Assembly: GCA_004022145.1 (NCBI GenBank)
Contig: RCNU01000005.1
Strand: one strand, 5' to 3'
Length of the DNA stretch: 64,000 nt
Origin: Paecilomyces variotii
Lineage: Eukaryota
Shown: positions 49,187 through 63,115 of the stretch, piece by piece
How positions within the stretch are numbered: the stretch's first letter is position 1
How the letters are laid out: each line of letters starts with the position of its first letter
Made by a program: the position numbers and the translations under genes
Notes under the pieces: generated by a model
The model's input: only the letters and a program-made list of their open reading frames with translations
Told to the model about the DNA's origin: nothing
Database searches by the model: none

Positions 49187-52010
49187 TCATGGTTCCTCGC
49201 GGTAGATAGCACTTAGTGAATGAGCAAGCTTCAGCAAGACGACACTTTCAGTGGCAGCAAAGTAATTCAAACTTCACAACAGTCAGTAAAGTCACGCATC
49301 TGTAAGTCCAGAGCACAACTCACCTGTCCAGCATAATTCGAAGATGCCTGCCGAAGTGCTCTTCATATTTCTTCAGCGTGTCCTCGAGCTTAGCTAGGCG
49401 GTTTGGGTCATAGCCCTTGCCATCTGCACCAGCTCCTTTTGCCAGTGCTAGATCCGGATCGGCTGAACTCAGGCTTCGGCCTAGGGTGCCAGCGGTCCAT
49501 GACGCAAACATGGCACAGCAGACGATTAGTTTCGAATGAATCTATGCCGCATTAGCATCTATTATATGCTGGCGAGACTTGTACAGTCTTACCTTCAAGA
49601 GCTTTGCCTGCGTCAGCATGCATTCTTTGAGACAGGTGTCGAGAAAATCGACATGATCCTGCATTAGCTCGTCCACCGTACGGTTGACTTGTTTTGTCCC
49701 ATTCACAGTCACCTCGGTACCATCTTCATCTGCGCCGTTGACCCTATCCATGAGCGTCTGCCAGTTTGGTTCGACGACTTCAGCCGTCGAGAAGTACAGT
49801 AGCTGCTGTATGAAAACAAGCATCTTAGCTCGTAAAGTCCATGCCCGTCTCTTCCACAACTCAATCCGTCTATCGGATGACTTGTGTCGCCAGCCCACGA
49901 CCTTATTTGAATCTTGCCAACAGCTGACAAGTAGGGTTTCTGCATGGCGAAGCGACAAAAGATGGCGGAAAATAAGCTGGTAGCGCAGCACGGTCTTGCG
50001 GCTGATGACCAGTGATAGAGGAAAGGGGACTAAGTAGTCTAGCTCAAGAGCCTCAAATCCTAGTATGTCCTTCTCTTCCTCGGCACTCTGCGGAGCCGGT
50101 GTCTGGTATTTTTCCATTCCACCATCAGGATTATCTTGATCGATACCAGAAACGCTGACAACTTGCATAAGCCATTTTGTAAGACCAATCTTATTCATGC
50201 GGACCTTGACATCCTCCTTGAAAGGGTCCTGAGCGGCAATACTTCCAGGTTGGCGAAGGACAAGATCGAGCAGAGACTGCAATTTCCCTTCATTCACGTT
50301 CTTCGCAGGTTTGCGAAGCTCAGACGCACCGAGTTCCAGGAAGTAAGAGAAGAAATCTGAACGGTCGAGGAAGAAGTAGTGTTTCAGCGATCGGAAGCGA
50401 GTGGTAAGAGAATTCTTCGTCAGGAGTAGATTCAACAATGAAGCATTGGCGTATGTATAGGCGCTGTTGACATTTTCCAAAAACCGAGGATCATCGAATG
50501 TTTTTGGAGCATCCTTGACCGCTTTACTGACATCGACGCCACCACATTCGCGCACCACGTTCAGGTATTTTCCAGCCAAGAGGACTTTGTCTCTGACACT
50601 ATCCAATTGCGGAGGCACTTCATGCTCACGAATCGTGTAGCGCTTTTCCCAATATTCATCTGTGTAATCTTCTTCCAGTTTCTCGCGCTTGATCCATTTC
50701 TGCTCCTTTATTAGGAACTCTGCGTGAGGGTCTTTGATTACACCATGATGCAACCACTCATTCAACATGACCATATACGGTCGACTGGCTTCGCGTAGGA
50801 GGGTCTCAAGCAGTGTCTTTGTCGCAGGGTCGCCGGAGAACGTAGACAATCTCTCGGTTAAAAGGCCTAGAACGTTCCCTCCTTTGCATACCCTTTTGCT
50901 GGACATGCTTCCGGGAGCTAGCTCTCCGCCTTCTCTAAGCTGCTCCAGGATATTGTCGACATCGTCGAAGTCCGCGATTGACTCATCGAGATCCTGGTCT
51001 AGCAGTTGGTTTCGTCGCAACAGTTCCTGTCCTAATGAATATAGTTGCGCCAATGTCTGGCTAGTCGGCATAGTATGGAGATGCAGGACATGCAAGGTGA
51101 AATTTGGATTGTTCAGTAATTGGTTCTCAAGCTGTGCGACCAAAATCAGGTAGTCCTTCAGGAGCTTCCTGATCGCCGCACATAAAGCATGGCTAACAGC
51201 CCCGAACTCCGCACGGCTCAACACCTCCACAAAAGACTCGATCGAGCTGTGATGGGTCGCCATTTTTAGCATGGAGATGGTGAGATCTCTCAAACTCGGG
51301 TCCAGACCAGGAGAGATCTGAAAGGAAGGGCCGACTAGGCGATCTTTCTCGTCGGACGGGTCATAAGAGCTGTGAAAGTGTATGTACTGTCCCTCATAGC
51401 CCATAAACACGAACAGCAGATCCTCTAGGATCACTGCCTCTTGCTGGTCCAGAGAGAGTCCACGGAGAGGCACCGGTTGTAAGGTCGCTGGCACTGCTGA
51501 GAATAAAGGAGGCACGGAGACTCGACTAGCAAGAGGAGCGGAGGAGTGTGCAACGAGGGAGGCTTGAGGATTCCAGGGTACTAGAGTCACAATAATTAGC
51601 TGGTATGCCGTACGCCAGCTCCTCAATTGATATTACTCACAATCTATCTGCTCCTTTTCCTTCTTCCGCACGACCGGTGCTCCGTCCGCTGGGCTTGGCC
51701 TTTTCGCCCTCATCTTGTCTGAATCGCTGCGGTACCCCCCATTTACTGATTCTCTGACCGGGTTTCTCGACCGCACCTGCACTTTTTCCCGCGTGGTTGT
51801 TGTCATGCGCTCTGTGCGCTTCTCGCTGGTGCTGAGCTCCCGACGAAGTCCACTCTTGGGACTAGCCGTGCCTCGAGGCATCTGATCCATATTGTCCGTT
51901 TGCAATGGAGAGTATTCGCGTGAAGCCCTGTCTGCTGCGCCGGCGCGACCAGACGCTACGCGGGGTCGCGGCGCGCCCATGTAACTTGGGCGGCGCTCAT
52001 TGACGGACAT
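49187..52010 (-). CDS. SPC97: Gamma-tubulin complex component GCP2/Spc97, 4 exons
   Basis: QEAVILEDLLFVFMGYEGQYI, DEYWEKRYT, KVLLAGKYLNVVRECG, PFPLSLVISRK..RYQLIFRHLL, FLDTCLKECML; final exon LNYFAATES...EEP*. Confidence 0.94.
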
Positions 52011-52391
52011 TGCCCGGGAGGTTGTGGTTGAGTAAGAAAGAATTGGTAGTTATGGGAGTCATGAAGAAAAAGCAAAAGCAGCGATCCGCAAGCAGACGTG
52101 CAATGTTGTAAGCGTCGACACGTCGGGCAGATATACTTGAGATGGCGGCGAGAAGGCGGAGTTGTGTATCGCGCTCCTTCGGGCTAGCGTCCTCTCCGCC
52201 CAGGCACGCTGGTTTGCGTAGGCGACAAGCAAGCCGGGAGCTTCGTCCATGAGCTTCGTTCAGCTGTCTGACCAACTTCACCCTCAACTCCCCCGCATCC
52301 ACGACATCATAACCTCTTCCTCATCACCGCCTTATATCTCTCCTCTTCTTCTCCGACTGTTTCAGTTCTCTTCATTTCCATATAGCCCGTC

Positions 52392-53418
52392 ATGTTCATC
52401 GCGCGATCGGAATATGGTAAGCTTTCCGTTGACTCTCCCCCTCCGATACAGTCATCTAACAGCTCTCTGCAGACCGAGGAATCAAGTATGGATACCTAGA
52501 GCCGACATGAGTTTGTTCGGATTTTGTTCTAACTGTGACGCAACAGCACCTTCTCGCCAGAAGGTCGTTTATTCCAGGTCGAATACTCCCTTGAGGCTAT
52601 CAAGCTCGGTTCCACCGCAATCGGAGTACGTCGCATACTAGCTCTTTCCCACGACATTAGCGACCAGTGATTCTGGGATAGTGTCGTCTACGATGGCTGT
52701 ATGCTGGATAATCTGACATTCACCAGGTAGCAACATCCGAAGGTGTGATTCTCGGCGTCGAGAAGCGTGTCACGTCCACTCTCCTTGAGACTTCCTCGGT
52801 GGAGAAAATCGTCGAGATCGACCAGCACATCGGCTGTGCAATGTCTGGTCTGCAGGCCGATGCCCGATCCCTCGTCGAGCATGCTCGCGTCGAGTCCCAG
52901 AACCACGCTTTCAACTACGCGGAGCCGCTCCGTGTTGAGAGCTGCACCCAGGCAATCTGTGACCTGGCCCTACGATTCGGAGAAGGAGCAGACGGCGAAG
53001 AGAGCGTTATGAGCAGACCGTTCGGTGTTGCACTTTTAATTGCTGGATATGATGAGGACGGCCCTCAGCTGTACGTGTCGCACCTCTCTGACCGAACCTC
53101 ATGGTTGGACAGACGCTGACGTCAATTGATAAATTCTGCAGATATCACGCCGAACCCTCCGGTACTTTCTACAGATACGACGCTAAGGCTATCGGATCCG
53201 GCAGCGAAGGTGCCCAGGCAGAACTGCAGAACGAGTACCATCGGTCTCTGACGCTGGCCGAAGCAGAGACATTAGTGCTGAAAACGCTCAAGCAGGTGAT
53301 GGAGGAGAAACTCGATGCGAAGAACGTGCAGCTCGCAAGCGTGACGAAGGAGAAGGGTTTCCGGATCTACGATGAGGAGGAGATGGGACGGGCCGTGGCG
53401 TCCTTGGGTAGTAATTAA
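52392..53418 (+). CDS. PUP2: 20S proteasome subunit alpha5, 5 exons including a 13-nt microexon (52473-52485)
   Basis: [64 protein letters not shown]. Confidence 0.97.
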
Positions 53419-53600
53419 TGACTGGGTTCTAAGAAGTCTCTTCTCGGAAAGGCTTGGACCTATGACCGCACGAGCTGGATGCTCTTTATGTCAGGAAAAT
53501 AGAAAAAGAACGCATTTACTACAAAGTCTGTCATGATGCTGCTTTTTTGAATAGATGATATCTAGTCTACAATGGGTATCGTGGTCTAATCCCAATATAT

Positions 53601-55175
53601 CTACCTGGTTTTGTACACACAAGGTTTGAGAACCTTTGCTTCCTCCTCCGGTGTCTTCGAATTATCTGCTGGCAACTTGGTGATCCACTTCCTTCCAGGA
53701 GGTCCAGCGGCTGGCGCAGAGGAGGCATGCTTGCCCCTCGTAGGCACTCCCTGCTTCACGAACTCCATCTTGACAAACATCTTGTTCGACTTGTCAACTG
53801 ATTCCTGCTTCAAGACAAAACCTCGGGAACGGAAGACTTCGACAAAGCCAGAGACGTCAGTCTCATCGTTGTTGGAAGCTGTCTCCTGGGCATCTTCAGC
53901 GTAGATATCCGCATCGTCATCGACGTCGGAACCAGCATCATCCTGGCCTTTCCTTTTCTGTTTCTTCTGCTGAGTCTTGCTGAGCGGTTTCTTGGCGCCG
54001 ATTTGGGATTTCTTCTTGGTCACCTTGCCGAAACGGCTCTTGACTTCACTAATCCAGCATTCGCCCTTGCCATCGCTGCGGAGAACCCGCCAGGCTTCTT
54101 CGACGAAGGACACCCAGTTTGTGCCCATTAAACTCAGACAGAAAATGGCCACGTCGACAGTTCCATCTTCGAGCGGAAGGTTGGAGATATCAGCCTTGGT
54201 GACGAGAGGGTCCGGGGTATGAAGGTCGTAGCTGAGGAGCTTAAGGTTCAGCTTTTTGGCAGAGGGCGTCAGCGAACGAGCGAGCTGCGCATCGCCACAG
54301 CCCAAGTCGGCAATTGTACAAATACCATTAGGCCTTCGTGGAAGTGGGACAGGACTGTTGCTGTTTCCGTTGGCCTTCTGCTGTTTCTTCTGGCTCGGAT
54401 GTACTGCACCGCGAGTCCGAATGGCTTTGATGTAACCATCCACAGGATTGGACGGCCACGATTCCTTGACCTGACGAGAAAAGCCAGCGTGGTATTCCTC
54501 AAAGAGTTCCGGGTTCGCAGTGAAGAGATCAAGGGCCTCGGTCGAGGGCGTAGTATAGAGGGTCTGGTTCAGATGGCGGAAACGGGCAGATAGGAGCTTC
54601 TGTCGCATCGCTTGTTGCAGAGGCGTCAGTTTTGCTGTCGTCGTTGGCGGTGCCGCAGGGAGTGGCTCAACTGGCGCGGAGGTGCCATTTGTTTGGTCGT
54701 TGACGGAATCATCAGTGGGTTTAGAATCCTTATTCTTCTTGCGTCGCTTGTTCTTCTTCTGGGAATTTTCCTGGCTGTCTGCATTGGCCTCTGTTTGCTT
54801 CTCCTGCGCTGCTTCTTGCCGGTCGACTTGCTTGGAGCCATTCACTCTGGGCTGTCCAACTGGTATAGCATTCATGCCCGTCCCTGTATCCCCATCGGCT
54901 CCTCCAGACTTCTTTTCCTTCTTCTTATCCTTTCTTGTGTTGCCCTTCGCAGCGTTTCCCTCGATGTGTCGTCGGAACATCAGCTCCAGATTCGCCTTGG
55001 TAACATTGTCGTCAGGTCCATCTCCACGCTTTCTCTTCTTGGGCTTTTGGTCTGGCGTTCCAGCGCCATTTCCTGGCTTTCCCGCATTTTGTTGTCGCAG
55101 CACAGACTTCGAGCCAGCCTCTGTCTGCTGCTTGAGGGCTGATGTCGGCACTGACCAGCCCGGGACGGCAAACAT
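53601..55175 (-). CDS. RRP8: 25S rRNA adenine-N1 methyltransferase Rrp8
   Basis: MFAVPGW start, ARFRHLNQTLYT, YHAGFSRQV.ESWPSNPVD, IADLGCGDA, FCLSLMGTNW, SEVKSRF, LKPCVYK. Confidence 0.95.
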   Translation of the reverse strand: MFAVPGWSVPTSALKQQTEAGSKSVLRQQNAGKPGNGAGTPDQKPKKRKRGDGPDDNVTKANLELMFRRHIEGNAAKGNTRKDKKKEKKSGGADGDTGTGMNAIPVGQPRVNGSKQVDRQEAAQEKQTEANADSQENSQKKNKRRKKNKDSKPTDDSVNDQTNGTSAPVEPLPAAPPTTTAKLTPLQQAMRQKLLSARFRHLNQTLYTTPSTEALDLFTANPELFEEYHAGFSRQVKESWPSNPVDGYIKAIRTRGAVHPSQKKQQKANGNSNSPVPLPRRPNGICTIADLGCGDAQLARSLTPSAKKLNLKLLSYDLHTPDPLVTKADISNLPLEDGTVDVAIFCLSLMGTNWVSFVEEAWRVLRSDGKGECWISEVKSRFGKVTKKKSQIGAKKPLSKTQQKKQKRKGQDDAGSDVDDDADIYAEDAQETASNNDETDVSGFVEVFRSRGFVLKQESVDKSNKMFVKMEFVKQGVPTRGKHASSAPAAGPPGRKWITKLPADNSKTPEEEAKVLKPCVYKTR

Positions 55176-56618
55176 TTTGGGATGAGTTCCGCGGGATATC
55201 TAAAATTATAGGAACTCCAGGAGATAGATTCAGAAATGGCAGACGAATTGAATATCAATGATGCCAGAGCTCAAGCGTGAATTCATCCGCTCTGCCTCAC
55301 AGCTCGATGAAATTTGCGATCTTCGAAAGCGCAAAAAGTTTAGGTTTGGCAGGCCCCGCCGGCTTGGCGCCGCTTAACTCCGGGCGGCCTTGGGGTTTGG
55401 GGCTCGGCCAGTCACGGGAGGTGGCCAGTTCCGCTTTCTGAGTCGTTATTTTTGTTCGTTGTGGACTGGATATCACTATGATTTAGATCTGACAGCCCCC
55501 AACGTACCAGCTATTATTCAGTTCAAGCGACTAGGAGACACCGAGCCTCAACAGACTAGTGAGTGAGCGCGAAGCTGAGGGATTCCAATATTGTCACGCT
55601 CACCATGGGAGAGCCCGCAAGACGGCTGATATAGCGAACGCATAGCACAGACTCCAGAGTACAATACGCAGAGCAGTTACTCTGCCCATAACTCAGTCCC
55701 ATTAAGCTACTCTTGAGCTATGGCGCATTTGCGGCCTGGAGAATTAATCATCCGATGCCAACCTTTCCCGTGGCACCCGCCAAATACATCCATGAGCATT
55801 ATGTTTGGTCCTCCAAGCTGACCCATTCTGTTTGGCTTCATTCGGTTCCACGGCTATCAGTTGTCCCCGCCTTCGCGGAGACGCCGTTCGTCCAAACCGG
55901 CCTGTTGATGGACGGGTGATAGATCGCAACCCTATGGTGCAAAGGTGTCCCAGCGTTTCGATAGCCATTCCCCGAGATTTGGCATCCTTTTTAACGGTGT
56001 TCGGGAGTTTGCCTGCGCTGCAGAAGAACGAATCTTGATCCTGGGTGTCATCAACCCTCTCCAATTGGTACATTCGAATGGCCCCCTAGCTATAGAGGTG
56101 CCAACCTATCAGAAAAGTAGAGCCGCCTTGAGCACGCGGGTGGCGGATGTGGGATCGGGATGAGACCCTTTCGAACTGCTCCTTGCATCTTACTCTGTGC
56201 GGCTGTGGCACAACATGGACAATCGCCCCGTTGATGTGCGTGCGGAATTTCTTGGGCGATCATTGCTTAGATTCAGCCTTTTTTTGACAGCTGGTGGACT
56301 CAACGTCAGCCATATGGTTGGGGTTGGGCAAGAATTCCATCCGAGCGCACCAGAACAGCCCAGTGTGATCACAGCCCTACCTCTGTGAGACGGTCCCTCA
56401 TCATCTTTCCCTTGATCGAATCGGCTCTCTGCTTCTCCTTTGTCAGTTTGATCCCGGCAGTGTTGTTTCTGGCTCCTCCGCGGCCGAGCAGCTGTCGAGG
56501 CCCATGTGGGTCGTGATCTCCCAGATAAGCTTCTACGCACCTTAAATAAATAATAACAGCTGCGGTGGTCGCTCACCACTCGTTCTCTGTGCCCGCGATG
56601 GCATTGATCTGTGACGAG

Positions 56619-59600
56619 ATGGCGGATAAAGAGGAAGAGACAAAGGGCTCTTTGGAGAGCCATCCTTCCCCCGAGGAGTCGAAGCCAAATCCAGACTCGT
56701 CTGAATCCCACGATGCCGTCCCAAAGAACGTACCTGCTCCCCGCGGTCCTAAAAAGCGCACCAAGACAGGCTGTCTGAGTACGTCCCCCACCACGACTAA
56801 TTACCGTGACAGGAAACCAGTTGACTCCATGAATAGCGTGTCGCAAGCGGCGCATCAAGTGTGGTGAAGAGAAGCCAATATGCAACAATTGCGTCAAATC
56901 GAAGAGGGAATGCGAAGGCTACGCACAGCGCGTCATCTTCAAGCATCCCTTGGGTCCTTTCGGAGCATTTCAGACAGGACCTCTGGGAAGCCACCTGCAT
57001 CAGCCTCCGATGGGCTTGCCTCTGTACAGTAATTATAATGCGCAGTATGCTCAATCTCTGCCTGGAGGGTCGCAGCACCCTTTGCTAGCTCCGCGCCCGG
57101 TATATCTCCCACCGACCGGGGCTGCTGGACTGATCAATGCTGGAACAATGCCTCAGTTACCTGACGGACAGGCAGCGAATGCGGTGCCATTGTATTATCC
57201 AACAGCAGTTCCCACAGGACAGACTCAGGGATTCGCACAGCCGCAAAACTTCGTTGCGCCGCAGCCAATACCTACCGCCACTGAACTGACTGGCACGGTA
57301 GGGGAAAATGGTAGATATCAAGATGCATTCGTCGCGCCGTCTTCATATCAACCATTTCTCAATCAACAGCAGCCTTGTCAGATCCCTGTATCTGGGACAC
57401 CTCAACTAAATGCTCTTAACCAAGGTGATATGTCGCAGCACTTCGGACAGAGCTATCTACTAGGCGCAACGAATTGGGGTCCTATACCCGACTCTCGCGT
57501 GTCACAGATCCAACCAGCAGTCAGTTCCGGTGAGCAGATAGTTATCGACCATTCTCCAGAAATACCCCTGCACCCCAAACAACCCTCGCCGTTGCAGATA
57601 CTATCCCCATCTTCTGGTTATGAAAGCGACGACTATTATGATGTCGATTCCGATGAAGAAATGTCTGAGCAGACGCAAATCGAGAGTTTCAATCAATTGA
57701 ATCTGATAATGGCGTCCGCTCGTCATGATGAACGTCTAAGATCCTTCACAACACATCTGAACGAGCCAAATGTGTTAGCTTCCTATCGTCCATCGATGGG
57801 ATCAACACCTCTCAATAACCCAAAGACCGCACGGATCTTCATGCATTTCATTCATTCAACAGGGCCGTCCATCTCCATCTGGGAAAGACACCCGACGAAT
57901 GCCTCAATCAGGCTGGGGGCGGTGATTCCGCCCGCTCACCAGGGCTTGTGGACGTATACCTTACCACTCAAAGCTTTGGAGCATCCTGCATTACTGCAGG
58001 CTATTCTTGCCATCAGTAGCTTGCATATTGCGAAGCTCCAGGATGCACCCCCTACAGTCTCAATGAAACATTATCACTACGCACTAAAGAAAGTGGGAAC
58101 TGCGGTCGGTCTTCCTCTACGACGGAAACAGATTGCTACATTGGCAGCTACACTTCTGCTTGGCTTCTACGAAGTCACAGCAGCTGAACACCACAAGTGG
58201 AACAGCCATGTCGCAGGTTCCTCACAGCTCATCAGGGAGATCGATTTTGCAGGGTTGACTCGGGACCTGCGGGCTCACCGGCGCAGGGTGCGAGCACAGC
58301 AGGAGCGGATGGCTCAGATGGAAAGCTGGCCTTGGTATGACCAATTTAGCGGAGGGGCGACGGAGGATGATCCGTTTTGCGAAAAAGAAAGCGAGGTGGA
58401 TGAGAACCTGGTCGGCTCCTTAATGGGTCGAGTAATTAACTATGATCAATTTGGACGAATCGAAGGTGAAAGCGAGGCAGCGTCCCCGAAGAAGAAGCAT
58501 TTCACGAAAAAGGACATCGAGAATTACAGGATCCAAAGCGACCTCTACTGGTGGTACACCAAGCAAGACCTTTTCCACAGCTTGATTAGTGGAAACCGTC
58601 TCTTGTGAGTTTTGCCCAAATCGTAGGTTCGAGCTCCGCTAACTGACGCCGCAGCACCTCTTACGACCAGTGGGGACAGTGCCCACCCCGTGCCGGTATT
58701 GGAAGGTTAGACGCTGTATACGGGTCTATGGATCATTTGATTCTTCTCCTTGGTCGCTTGGCCGACTTTGCTTACAGAGATCGTAAAAGGAAGATCAGGT
58801 CACTGGCAACTACTGGCGGCGAGTGGAGGCCAAACTCGGAATTTTTCAAGTTCATGGCACGCTTCGCACCTAGAGGTCGCCAGCCTCATGGAGGAGCCAA
58901 TGTGATGGCGCCTGGTGATGCTGCCAGTAGCTTTCCTCCCCAGGGACCCCCAGTTGTCATGCCTCCTCAGCCATCTGACCGGCAGAATCGGCTTCGAGAA
59001 GACCCGCCAATGTATGGCATGGTGCCGCAACGCGGTCCAGTCCGCCTTCCCTCAGCATTCATAGCTACGGGGCGAGGCTCGGGCGTCATATCTGATGATA
59101 CAGAGGATACCAACCTGGCGGAAACGCCCTACAAGGATGCGGAGGCTGAGTGGGAAGATATGGTAGCTGCTTTCGATCTGTTTGCTAGGTCCCTCGGCCC
59201 TGAGTATATGCCTTTGTCACCGGACATTGCTGCTCCTATTTCGACCCCGTTTGGGCCAGCATTGCAATACCGCACCCACACAATAGCCGTACTCTGGGCT
59301 TATTATTATCTTGGGCGAATTCTATTGAATCGACTGCATTCATCCATGCCACCGGCCACGATGGTTGCTGCTGGTGTGGCAGCATCGACTACAGTCGAGT
59401 CTGCCCAGACGATCGGAAAGATAATGGCTGGTATCTACCATCCGCAACAATACAATTTTGAAGCAGGCAGCCTCAACCCGACAATAGGTGGTGCCCTCAC
59501 AGAAGTCACAGTACCAATGTTCTTTGCGGGTGTGCAGTATCAGGATGCTGCTCAACGAGGCTGGACCGTCTCGAAGCTCACTGAGATCTCTCGTTTGACA

Positions 59601-59964
59601 GGTTGGCAGACATCATTCTCGATAGCAGTCGGATGCGAGTCTGCCTGGGTGGCCGCTGGTAAAAAGGGCAGAGGTCCTCCGTACGAGTATACTACAAAAA
59701 AAGATCTCAACGAGCCGGTGAGTCTTCTAATTCATATCTACGCACTTGTCGGCGTCTATCTTCGATGCGTGTATGCTTACAGTCGTACAGGAAATTAACG
59801 TGCACAATACGGTCTCAAACATAGCACGAAGGCAGACTCCACCGCATGGCAATACAGAATTGCGATTTACCACACCCTCTACTCGGGAGCGACTTCACTT
59901 CGCCCAGGGTCTCCTAGGGTTGGAAGAAGACATTCTCACGCTTGAAATAGAAGACCGAATATAA
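56619..59964 (+). CDS. Zn(II)2Cys6 transcription factor with fungal-specific C-terminal domain, 4 exons
   Basis: KKRTKTGCL|TCRKRRIKCGEEKPICNNCVKSKRECEGY binuclear cluster split by an intron (about 56779-56836); HPALLQAILAISSLHIAK. Alternative in-frame ATG at 56598. Confidence 0.92.
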
Positions 59965-60551
59965 CCTCATCTCCAAAAAGTTGAAGGGGTTGCATTCTTC
60001 TCGAACCGTTGGAGCGTCTAAGGAAAACCTAGAGTCCTGTCAGCATACCGTTGGACTTGACGCCACGATTGAGAGGTGACTGATCTAGTCGCGTATTTTT
60101 ATACAGCATCCCCTGGAAGAACGAAGCATGTCCCGGAACCCACAATATTCATTCGATCTTGCCTTCTGTGCTACAGATAGCCTCGACTAGCACGGCTGAT
60201 AATGCCATTTACAACAAACCCAAAGGAACAGAACGCAAAATATGCGAAGCATAGGGAAACCGCAGTGAGCGCAATCAGGATACACCTCGAAACTTATAGG
60301 CATGAGTCTATGCATACGAATACGGAGTCGTCAGGGAAGAGATTTTGGACGGAGTCATGGTGGAAATTTGATGCACATAGACCTGGCATTATATACCCAT
60401 GGGTTTCCTACGTTGTCATCGATTTGCATATCATCCACATCAAATCCATCATGGCATGGCAAAAACGCCAAAAGAAAAAAGAAAGATACCATATTAGCCA
60501 AATAGCATACATAAGCCCCTAGCAAAAGAAGCTCTATCACTGAAACGTGCG

Positions 60552-62600
60552 TTAAGACCGCACAATCTCTGTGATCAACTTGGCCGCCGCAACAGTCTCT
60601 TCATCATGCCAATGCTTTCCCGTTAATTGCACCGCGATCGGTGCACCCGCGTACTTCTCAGGACTATACTTCTTCCACTCGCGCTCATCAGTCTCGCTCC
60701 TAGGTTTATACGCCTCATCAACCTTATCAACCGTCGGGTCCTGCATCAAACCCGTCGGAAAGACAACACAGGGCTGGTCCAGAATGTTCCAGATAGACGT
60801 GTATCCCCAATACTCCGGCTCGCCCAGCGCACCTGCAACTCCGACATAAGTTGGGCTGAGGATGAAGTCCACCCCGCGCTCTTTCATGAGTGCGTGATAG
60901 TCAGCACGGTACTTTTCGCGCTTTACATTCCAGTCCCAGTTCTCGTTCACGGAGATAGGGTGTGGTTTGCTGTAGTTGAAGGCCCATTCTGTGAGAGGGA
61001 GGAGAGGTTCGCCAGATTCAGCGATAACGCCACGCTGGAATCCTGCAGCGTCGGGGAAGTAGAGGGTTGACTGGGTTTTATGTCATTAGTTCCTAATTCG
61101 AGTATGAAGAGAGCGGATATTGATAAGAAACAGGGATAGGTAGGTAACCGTACAATAATTTCCCAACCATGATCATGTTTGAAAGGCTCCCAGTCAACGA
61201 CTTTGATACCTGCAGCTTCAAGTTTCTCTTTGACAAATTGTAATCCACGCGTAATTGGAGGATGGGGATGAACAATTCTATAAGCAAAGTTCCATCACAT
61301 ATCAGCAAACATGGCCAAATTTGTCTAATAACAAGCGAAATCAACAAAACTCACCCATCATCCCACATAATCGCAACAGTGATATCCTTCTTCGGCTCCA
61401 CCTTCTTCCACGGCATAGCTACCAGACTAGTCTCAATATCCCACGGCTCCTGATCAAGGACCGCTTTCTGGAACAAATCCAGATCCTCCACAGACTGCGC
61501 GGCAAGTGGGCCAACAACGCAACGAATAGACTCCTGTCCATCTCCAGCGAGGATGATTCCATTATACGGATTTCGCAATGCGGTAGGTCGCAGACCGTAT
61601 GCGCCATTGAATGCTGCAGGGGCACGGATGGAGCCTCCAATATCGGTACCGATGCCGAGAGGTGCGCACTTGAAGCCCATGGAGGCTCCTTCGCCGCCGG
61701 ATGAACCCCCTGGAGAAAGTTTCCTGTTGTAGGGGTTGAGGGTCATTCCGGTTATGTTGTTGTTGCAGTCCAGGTGCTTTTGTTTTACCAATTTGTTAGT
61801 ATCTTTGTCTCTGGTATATGTGCGATTGATTGGGAAATAGTCATGCGTACCATTAGTGATTGCGGCTGGTTCGTCCGGACGTGGAATACAGCACCGGCAT
61901 TCTTGAGAAGTTGAACGAGAAGCGCATCTTCGGGTGCTATGTTTTTGATCCTGGGAATATACGTTAGTGGACAGATGTATTACTCTTGTCAAGGCTGTGT
62001 ATGCAGAACTTACCATGCAACATATCCGGTATGGCAAATACGACCCTTGTGCCCAATGTGCTCCTTGACACTGATGGGGACTCCGTGCTTTATTTAATTA
62101 GTTCTATGTACAGTCCATAGTAACTTTTCTCCAGGAAGCTCATAGTTAACTCACCAAAGGCCCAACTAACTTTCCCGTCTTCTTAAAATGTTCATCAAGC
62201 TCCTTAGCCCGCGCAATGGCATCATCCGCCATGAATTCGGTCGCAAAATTCAACTATGTAATCGACAACAATACATATTAGCCTCTTCTGGGTATAAACA
62301 GATAGAAAGACATAAACTCACAAGCTGATGACCAATGGTAGCTCTCTTCAAGAACGCCACCACGACCTCTTCTGCAGTGAGTTCACCCTTGCTCATAGCC
62401 GCTACCAGCGCTGTTGCAGACATCTCCGTTATTGAAAGTTCCTTGTCCGTTAGCAGGCCACTCTTGCGAGGGAAGTCGATGACATTAAGCTCCTCCGCTG
62501 GAGGCAGCTTGTCCTCTGGGACCATCCATTGTTTAGGGACAGAGTTGGCAAGGATCTCCTTGCATTTGTTGGCTTCTTCTTCCCAGGGTTGAACTGCCAT
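60552..62600 (-). CDS. Amidase-signature family enzyme (AmdS/GmdA-like), multi-exon
   Basis: GGSSGGEG and GIGTDIGGSIRAPA signature, HGVPISVK, YTSIWNILDQP, PIAVQL. Confidence 0.93.
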
Positions 62601-62749
62601 CGTGTATAGAGGTTCAATGATGATATTATATACGGTACAACAGTTTCACGTCAGACTCTCCAGGGAGGAAATGATTTCTAGCGGTCATATGTGTATGTAC
62701 ATACTACACGAGGTACGGGTCTAGGTATATATATATATATATATAACAT

Positions 62750-63115
62750 ATGCGATAGAAACCGCGACCCGCCCGATAGGGACTCTCAAGAAGCAAGCAA
62801 GACGCGCGATAGATAACTTCTCGTCCCAAATCATCGGGCGATCTTTACCTCGTTGTATAAAAGATAGCAGCATGCGGAGTTATCTTATCTCTCGACTTGG
62901 CCGTTCATGGTAGGGGAATCCGATAACCTTGGAAGTTGGTCGGTTAACAGGCAAGAATCTTGATAAGCTCTGCGGGGTCAAGGGAAAGAATTCTGCAACA
63001 AGAATAATAATACGTATCTTATGCGGGGAAATTCCCATAATCGACAGTCAGGAGACTTGAAGACGATTGATTGCTTGAACTAACGATGCGTTCATTCCAA
63101 CCCCTCATCCTATCT
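62750..63115. promoter_or_regulatory. GATA-site cluster (AreA-type nitrogen regulation) upstream of the amidase
   Basis: About ten GATA/TATC cores in 365 bp, including tandem GATAGATAA (62808) and TTATCTTATCT (62880); (TA)n tract at 62726-62744. Confidence 0.65.

Noticed and set aside
56619-59964. Zn2Cys6 factor as the pathway-specific regulator of the peroxisomal block
   Set aside because: Separated from it by GH92 and three housekeeping genes; not recognisably FarA/FarB; no sequence evidence of linkage.
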